IMG/VR virus record: IMGVR_UViG_2526164631_000025
Location: 1-32,915 of that record
DNA: 32,915 bases
Origin: a virus
Lineage: Duplodnaviria; Heunggongvirae; Uroviricota; Caudoviricetes
Direction: 5' to 3' (one strand)
Part shown: positions 28,604 to 32,915 of the stretch, one piece after another
How positions within the stretch are numbered: position 1 is the stretch's first letter
Layout of the letters: the number at the start of each line of letters is the position of its first letter
The notes under the pieces: generated by a model
Told to the model about the DNA's origin: nothing
The model's database searches: none
Seen by the model: the letters and a program-made list of their open reading frames with translations, nothing else
Position numbers and translations under genes: made by a program

Positions 28604-29253
28604 AGCGTAGAGCGCAAATTGTTGGAACTGTGCACCCGGCAGGGCTTATGCGTGCTCAAGTCCGTGTTTTACCTGACTGGAATGGCGTTCCTGATGACGA
28701 TCTACCCTGGGCGGAATACCTGTTACCCATCGGAAACGCTTTTGTACCCACAGTCAAAGGTGACCTGGTCTGGGTAGAGTTTCCTTATTTAGATGTTAAC
28801 GGTCGAATAGACACCAGACGCCCAATGATAGTTGGTGCCGCTCAGGATGCACCGGGAGGAATTCCAAACGTTGCACCAGAAGCATCTGGCAAAGGCAACG
28901 GCTGGACGCCGCCGGAAGTAGATGGAGCACCTCCCCGCCCCCAAATCTCAGCAACGAAAGACTTCGTTATTCACCGCAACAATATTCTTGAAGTACGAAC
29001 TGCTGGTGGCGGCTATGAAATTGCCAATACGGCAGCAGGCTCAAGGATTGGCATGAATGAGTCCGGGCAGATATATATCATTGGTCCGGCTGATGTAATC
29101 GTGAATGCAGGAGGGAGTGTTAACGTCAAATCAGCCAACAACATCAATGTTAATGGGGAAAATATTGCTGTCACCGCTAACGGGGACATAGCTTTCAAGG
29201 CAGGGGGAACCTTTCAGGCCACTGCTGGCAACTTCGATTTCAAGAAAGGATAG
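28600..29253 (+). CDS. gpV/gp5-type OB-fold baseplate spike-like protein (217 aa)
   Basis: N-terminal pattern G.V...G...V.V...DWNG...LPWAEYLLP.G...VP.VGDLVWVEF resembles the P2 gpV OB domain; C-terminal Gly/Asn/Val-rich repeats suggest a beta-helix. Confidence 0.5.
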   Translation: MKRRAQIVGTVHPAGLMRAQVRVLPDWNGVPDDDLPWAEYLLPIGNAFVPTVKGDLVWVEFPYLDVNGRIDTRRPMIVGAAQDAPGGIPNVAPEASGKGNGWTPPEVDGAPPRPQISATKDFVIHRNNILEVRTAGGGYEIANTAAGSRIGMNESGQIYIIGPADVIVNAGGSVNVKSANNINVNGENIAVTANGDIAFKAGGTFQATAGNFDFKKG

Positions 29254-29262
29254 AAAATGCAC

Positions 29263-29306
29263 CCATTTGTGTTAGATAATTAACGCGTATTTTCTAACAC
29301 AAATGG
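29263..29306. promoter_or_regulatory. perfect 14-bp inverted repeat overlapping the rdgC-like RBS
   Basis: CCATTTGTGTTAGA (29263-29276) and TCTAACACAAATGG (29293-29306) separated by a 16-bp AT-rich spacer; the right arm abuts the SD/ATG of the 29313 gene. Confidence 0.6.
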
Positions 29307-29312
29307 TGAGAA

Positions 29313-30218
29313 ATGAGATCAGTCGCTTTCAAAAATATCTTCATCTATCGTCTTTCACGCGAAGTTAGCTGGGATACTGCAGAAGTAAATGCAGCCCTTA
29401 GCAAGTTTGTGTTTACCCCATGCGGTTCTCAGGATATGGCTAAAGCTGGTTGGACCTCCGTTCTTGGTGACAACCTCACACATGAATACCAGGGTTTTCT
29501 GCTAATACAGCATAAGCGAGAAGAAAAAATTCTCCCCTCGCAGGTGCTCAAGGAAGAGTTGCAGAAAAAAGTCCTGAAACTCGAAGAAGAGCAAGCCCGC
29601 AAGCTGAAGAAAACGGAAAGAGACAGTCTTAAAGATGAAGTCCTGCATTCACTTTTGCCTCGCGCGTTCACGAGAAAATCACTTGCCAAAATCCTGATCG
29701 ACCGCAGCAACCATCTGGTATTCGTTGAGGCAAGCAGCGCCAAAAAGGCAGGGGACCAGCTGGCTTTATTGCGAAAATCGCTCGGCAGCCTGCCTGTCAT
29801 TCCATTCACACCACGCGAACCGCTGGAAATTACAATGACCGAGTGGTTTAAAAGCGGCTTCCCTGCCGGATTTACAGCAGGTGAAGACGCCACATTAAAG
29901 GGTCTGCTCGATAATGGTGGTGCCGTTCGCTGCAACAAAGTTGATCTACAGTCCGACGAGATTATGTCTCACATTGAGGCGGGGAAAGTAGCTACGACCG
30001 TTGCAATTAACTGGATGGAACGCGCGTCGTTCAGAGTCAACGATGATATGAGTATCAAAGCCCTGACATTCTGTGATGATCTCTATGACCAGAATGACGA
30101 TATCGACCGGGAGGATGTAGCACAACGATTTGATGCTGATTTCGTGCTCTTTACGGGCGAATTATCTGCACTGTTTAACGCGCTGGTGGAGGCCATTGGC
30201 GGTGAAGCAGAACGTTAA
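29313..30218 (+). CDS. rdgC: RdgC-like recombination-associated protein
   Basis: 301 aa with [42 protein letters not shown] and [15 protein letters not shown] blocks matching E. coli RdgC as recalled. Confidence 0.85.
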   Translation: MRSVAFKNIFIYRLSREVSWDTAEVNAALSKFVFTPCGSQDMAKAGWTSVLGDNLTHEYQGFLLIQHKREEKILPSQVLKEELQKKVLKLEEEQARKLKKTERDSLKDEVLHSLLPRAFTRKSLAKILIDRSNHLVFVEASSAKKAGDQLALLRKSLGSLPVIPFTPREPLEITMTEWFKSGFPAGFTAGEDATLKGLLDNGGAVRCNKVDLQSDEIMSHIEAGKVATTVAINWMERASFRVNDDMSIKALTFCDDLYDQNDDIDREDVAQRFDADFVLFTGELSALFNALVEAIGGEAER

Positions 30219-32358
30219 CCTTCGATATGGTTCAGTTTGCAGTGGAATTGAAGCCGCGAGCATTGCCTGGGAACCGTTGGGTATGCGTCCGGCGTGGTTT
30301 GCTGAAATTGAGCCTTTTCCATCTGCCGTTCTTGCGCACCGCTGGCCTCATATCGCCAACCTTGGCGATATGACAAAACTTGCCAAAAAAGTCCTGGCTG
30401 GGGAAATCGAATCCCCTGATGTGCTCGTCGGGGGAACACCTTGTCAGGCATTCAGTATCGCGGGATTACGTGGTGGGCTTGATGATGAGCGCGGCGCGCT
30501 AACTTTGAAGTATGTGGAGCTTGCAAATGCAATTGACGACAAACGGTCTGAGTCCTTCCTCAAACCGACAGTTATCGTCTGGGAAAATGTCCCAGGAGTC
30601 CTGTCATCGGCAGATAACGCCTTCGGATGTTTCCTTGCCGGATTGGCTGGAGAAGATGCACCATTTGAACCAGGTGATCGACCTGAATCAGGAAAAAGTA
30701 ACGCGTTCTGGCGGTGGGATGGCAAAACCGGTTGCCATGCTCCAAAGTGGCCGCAGTGTGGTTGTATTTATGGACCGCAGCGAAAGGTGGCCTGGAGAAT
30801 ACTTGATGCCCAATACTTCGGAGTGGCACAACGACGCCGACGCGTGTTTGTTGTCGCAAGTGCTCGAACAGACCTCGATCCCGCAACGGTACTTTTTGAG
30901 TTCGAAGGCGTGCGCCGGGATATTGCGCCGAGCAGAGGCGAGGGGAAGGAAGTTGCCGGAAATGTTGGAAATGGCATTAAAAGCGGGAGCCATTGGGATA
31001 ACCCTGTAAATCCTCACCCGACACTTGCCCGATCGCACAATACCGGCGGGACGGGTGCAAGCAACCAGGAGATTTTTTCACAGCGCGGAAGTGGGCTTGT
31101 CGGTGCTTACCGGATGGTAGCATTTGGTGAGTATGCGGATGATGAGGCGGCTTCCACGGTCAAGGCCAGAGATTTTAAGGATGCAACCGACCTGGCTGTT
31201 TTTGACAGTGCGAACGTCGGAGTGGCAGTACGTCGCTTAACGCCTGTCGAGTGCGAACGCCTGCAGGGCTTTCCTGACGGGCACACGTTGATCCCTACGG
31301 AAAAGCGTAAAAAAGTTTCTTCAGATGAACTGGCATACCTTCGCAATCACTATCCAGATTTAAGCGAAGAAGAGGCCGCGATGCTTGCAGCTGACGGACC
31401 GCGTTACAAAGCGATCGGCAACAGCATGGCAGTTCCTGTTATGCAATGGATAGGGTGTCGCATTCTTGCGACCGTAGCGGATAAACAGCAAAAAACAATA
31501 AATACCATTACCTACACAAGAAAACTCCGGACTCCGGATGAATATGAACGCCCAATATTCAAATGGGTAGGCGGTAAATTCTCAGAGTTGCCTACAGTGC
31601 TTGAGCATCTACCACACGGCAAGCGGTTAATAGAACCATTCGTTGGTGGCGGTTCCGTATTTACGAATGCAGGATTTCGCCACAACCTGCTTAATGATAT
31701 TAACGGTGACCTGATTAACTTCTATCAGACATTGCAGCGAGAGGGACATTCGCTCGTCACGCTGGCATATAGTTTTTTCAAAAATTACAACAACGCTGAC
31801 GCTTACCTCGAAGTGCGCGAGGCATTTAACAGAGGAAAGTATGACCAGCTACATCATGCTGCCGCCTTTTTGTACCTTAATCGGCACTGTTTTAATGGCG
31901 TAACGCGGTACAACCAAAATGGCGAGTTCAACGTGGGGTATGGCAAATACAAAGCGCCCTACTTCCCACATGCAGAGATGGAGGCATTTTTGGCTGATGA
32001 CGTACTCAAAAACACGTCCTTTGTATCAGGTGACTTTGCTGGCGTCATCGAGGCGGCTGGTGAAGGCGATGTGATTTTTTGCGATCCGCCGTATGAACCG
32101 CTGCCGGATACAGAAGGGTTTACCAGTTATTCAGGAAATAGCTTCCGTTTCGACGAACAGAAACGGCTGGTATCTCTATTGGTGGAAGCCCACCAGCGCG
32201 GCGCTAAGGTAGTGATAACAAATAGTGGTGCGCCAAACATCCGTGAACTATATGAACGAAACGGGTTTAAAGTACATCATATGGCAGCCAGACGGTCGGT
32301 GTCCTGCAAGGCGTCAACACGTGTAGTTGCTAACGATATAATTGCAATAATGAAGTAA
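30202..32358 (+). CDS. bifunctional DNA methyltransferase: N-terminal C5-cytosine domain fused to C-terminal Dam-like N6-adenine domain
   Basis: C5 motifs [47 protein letters not shown]; Dam-like KWVGGK and CDPPYEP; proposed GTG start at 30202 with GGAGG 9 nt upstream (the ORF track start at 30130 would overlap rdgC by 89 nt). Confidence 0.8.
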   Translation: MKQNVNLRYGSVCSGIEAASIAWEPLGMRPAWFAEIEPFPSAVLAHRWPHIANLGDMTKLAKKVLAGEIESPDVLVGGTPCQAFSIAGLRGGLDDERGALTLKYVELANAIDDKRSESFLKPTVIVWENVPGVLSSADNAFGCFLAGLAGEDAPFEPGDRPESGKSNAFWRWDGKTGCHAPKWPQCGCIYGPQRKVAWRILDAQYFGVAQRRRRVFVVASARTDLDPATVLFEFEGVRRDIAPSRGEGKEVAGNVGNGIKSGSHWDNPVNPHPTLARSHNTGGTGASNQEIFSQRGSGLVGAYRMVAFGEYADDEAASTVKARDFKDATDLAVFDSANVGVAVRRLTPVECERLQGFPDGHTLIPTEKRKKVSSDELAYLRNHYPDLSEEEAAMLAADGPRYKAIGNSMAVPVMQWIGCRILATVADKQQKTINTITYTRKLRTPDEYERPIFKWVGGKFSELPTVLEHLPHGKRLIEPFVGGGSVFTNAGFRHNLLNDINGDLINFYQTLQREGHSLVTLAYSFFKNYNNADAYLEVREAFNRGKYDQLHHAAAFLYLNRHCFNGVTRYNQNGEFNVGYGKYKAPYFPHAEMEAFLADDVLKNTSFVSGDFAGVIEAAGEGDVIFCDPPYEPLPDTEGFTSYSGNSFRFDEQKRLVSLLVEAHQRGAKVVITNSGAPNIRELYERNGFKVHHMAARRSVSCKASTRVVANDIIAIMK

Positions 32359-32360
32359 AA

Positions 32361-32390
32361 AACGCCGCAGTAGCGGCGTTTACTTTTTTA
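32361..32390. terminator. bidirectional rho-independent terminator between the methyltransferase gene and glnS
   Basis: CGCCGC-AGTA-GCGGCG hairpin with T-run on the plus strand and A-run upstream. Confidence 0.65.
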
Positions 32391-32406
32391 TGTGGCGAAA
32401 TACCTA

Positions 32407-32915
32407 TTAACCTAACTTCGCCCAGGTATCACGCAGCCCAACGGTGCGGTTAAATACCGGTTTTTCCGCCGTAGAATGGCGGCTGTCGAGGCAGAAATAA
32501 CCTTCACGCTCAAACTGGAATGCTTTACCCGCTACCGCTTCTTTCAGCGACGGTTCAGCAAAACCCTGTTTGATCACCAGCGATTCCGGGTTAATCACCG
32601 ACAGGAAATCATCCGCAGCACCTGGGTTCGGCACGCTGAACAGACGATCGTACAGGCGGATTTCAACCGGCAGCGCATGTGCCGCGCTCACCCAGTGAAT
32701 AACGCCTTTCACTTTACGACCATCTGCCGGATCTTTGCTTAAGGTGTCGGCGTCATAAGTACAGAAGATGGTGGTGATATTGCCTTCGGCATCTTTCTCC
32801 ACGCGTTCAGCCTTAATGACGTAAGCATTACGCAGACGCACTTCTTTACCCAGCACCAGACGTTTGTACTGCTTGTTAGCTTCTTCGCGGAAATCGGCGC
32901 GATCGATCCAAATCT
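32407..32915 (-). CDS. glnS: glutaminyl-tRNA synthetase, C-terminal part (5'-partial; continues beyond the window)
   Basis: Translation ...[38 protein letters not shown]...[31 protein letters not shown] matches E. coli GlnS C-terminus as recalled; frame is open to the window edge. Confidence 0.95.
   Translation of the reverse strand, partial: IWIDRADFREEANKQYKRLVLGKEVRLRNAYVIKAERVEKDAEGNITTIFCTYDADTLSKDPADGRKVKGVIHWVSAAHALPVEIRLYDRLFSVPNPGAADDFLSVINPESLVIKQGFAEPSLKEAVAGKAFQFEREGYFCLDSRHSTAEKPVFNRTVGLRDTWAKLG

Noticed and set aside
30130-30201. ORF-track start at 30130 for the methyltransferase
   Set aside because: It would overlap rdgC by 89 nt; a GTG at 30202 with a well-spaced GGAGG places the start just before motif I, as is typical for C5 methyltransferases.

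Overview
This 32.9-kb window is a mosaic prophage-derived island in an Escherichia/Shigella-type chromosome, bounded on the left by an IS21-family (IS100-like) element and on the right by the 3' end of glnS. It contains no integrase, terminase, capsid gene, tRNA or CRISPR array. Main content, left to right: (1) IS100-like element (9-1961) with frameshifted istA, truncating an adjacent gene; (2) a P1-like module on the minus strand: LexA-boxed humD (UmuD' analogue), then an AT-rich membrane-protein ORF, phd-doc toxin-antitoxin and a coupled 65-aa ORF; (3) a long, translationally coupled leftward operon (about 16.3 to 5.4 kb) of lambdoid early-region type: five Ea22-like coiled-coil paralogs, an orphan beta-class DNA methyltransferase, a lambda-type Ser/Thr phosphatase, a DUF4406-like protein and many small ORFs; (4) a rightward unit with an apparently frameshifted HNH endonuclease, two coupled mini-ORFs, a structured RNA region and an icd-like/Rha-antirepressor pair resembling P1 immI (c4-icd-ant); (5) two signal-peptide proteins; (6) an intact IS2 with 5-bp ATCCA target duplication; (7) a SWIM-motif protein pair; (8) a very AT-rich islet encoding a membrane/coiled-coil protein split at an A_AAA_AAG heptamer, next to higB-higA; (9) a four-gene operon ending in a gpV/gp5-type OB-fold spike-like protein, then an rdgC homolog and a bifunctional C5-cytosine/N6-adenine methyltransferase. 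A short AT-rich motif family recurs in several intergenic regions, and a perfect 14-bp inverted repeat sits on the rdgC ribosome-binding site. The strongest candidates for an undescribed function are the AT-rich membrane gene beside higBA, the membrane ORF inserted beside phd-doc, and the orphan spike-containing operon. All protein identities rest on recalled motifs and family resemblance, not on database searches.
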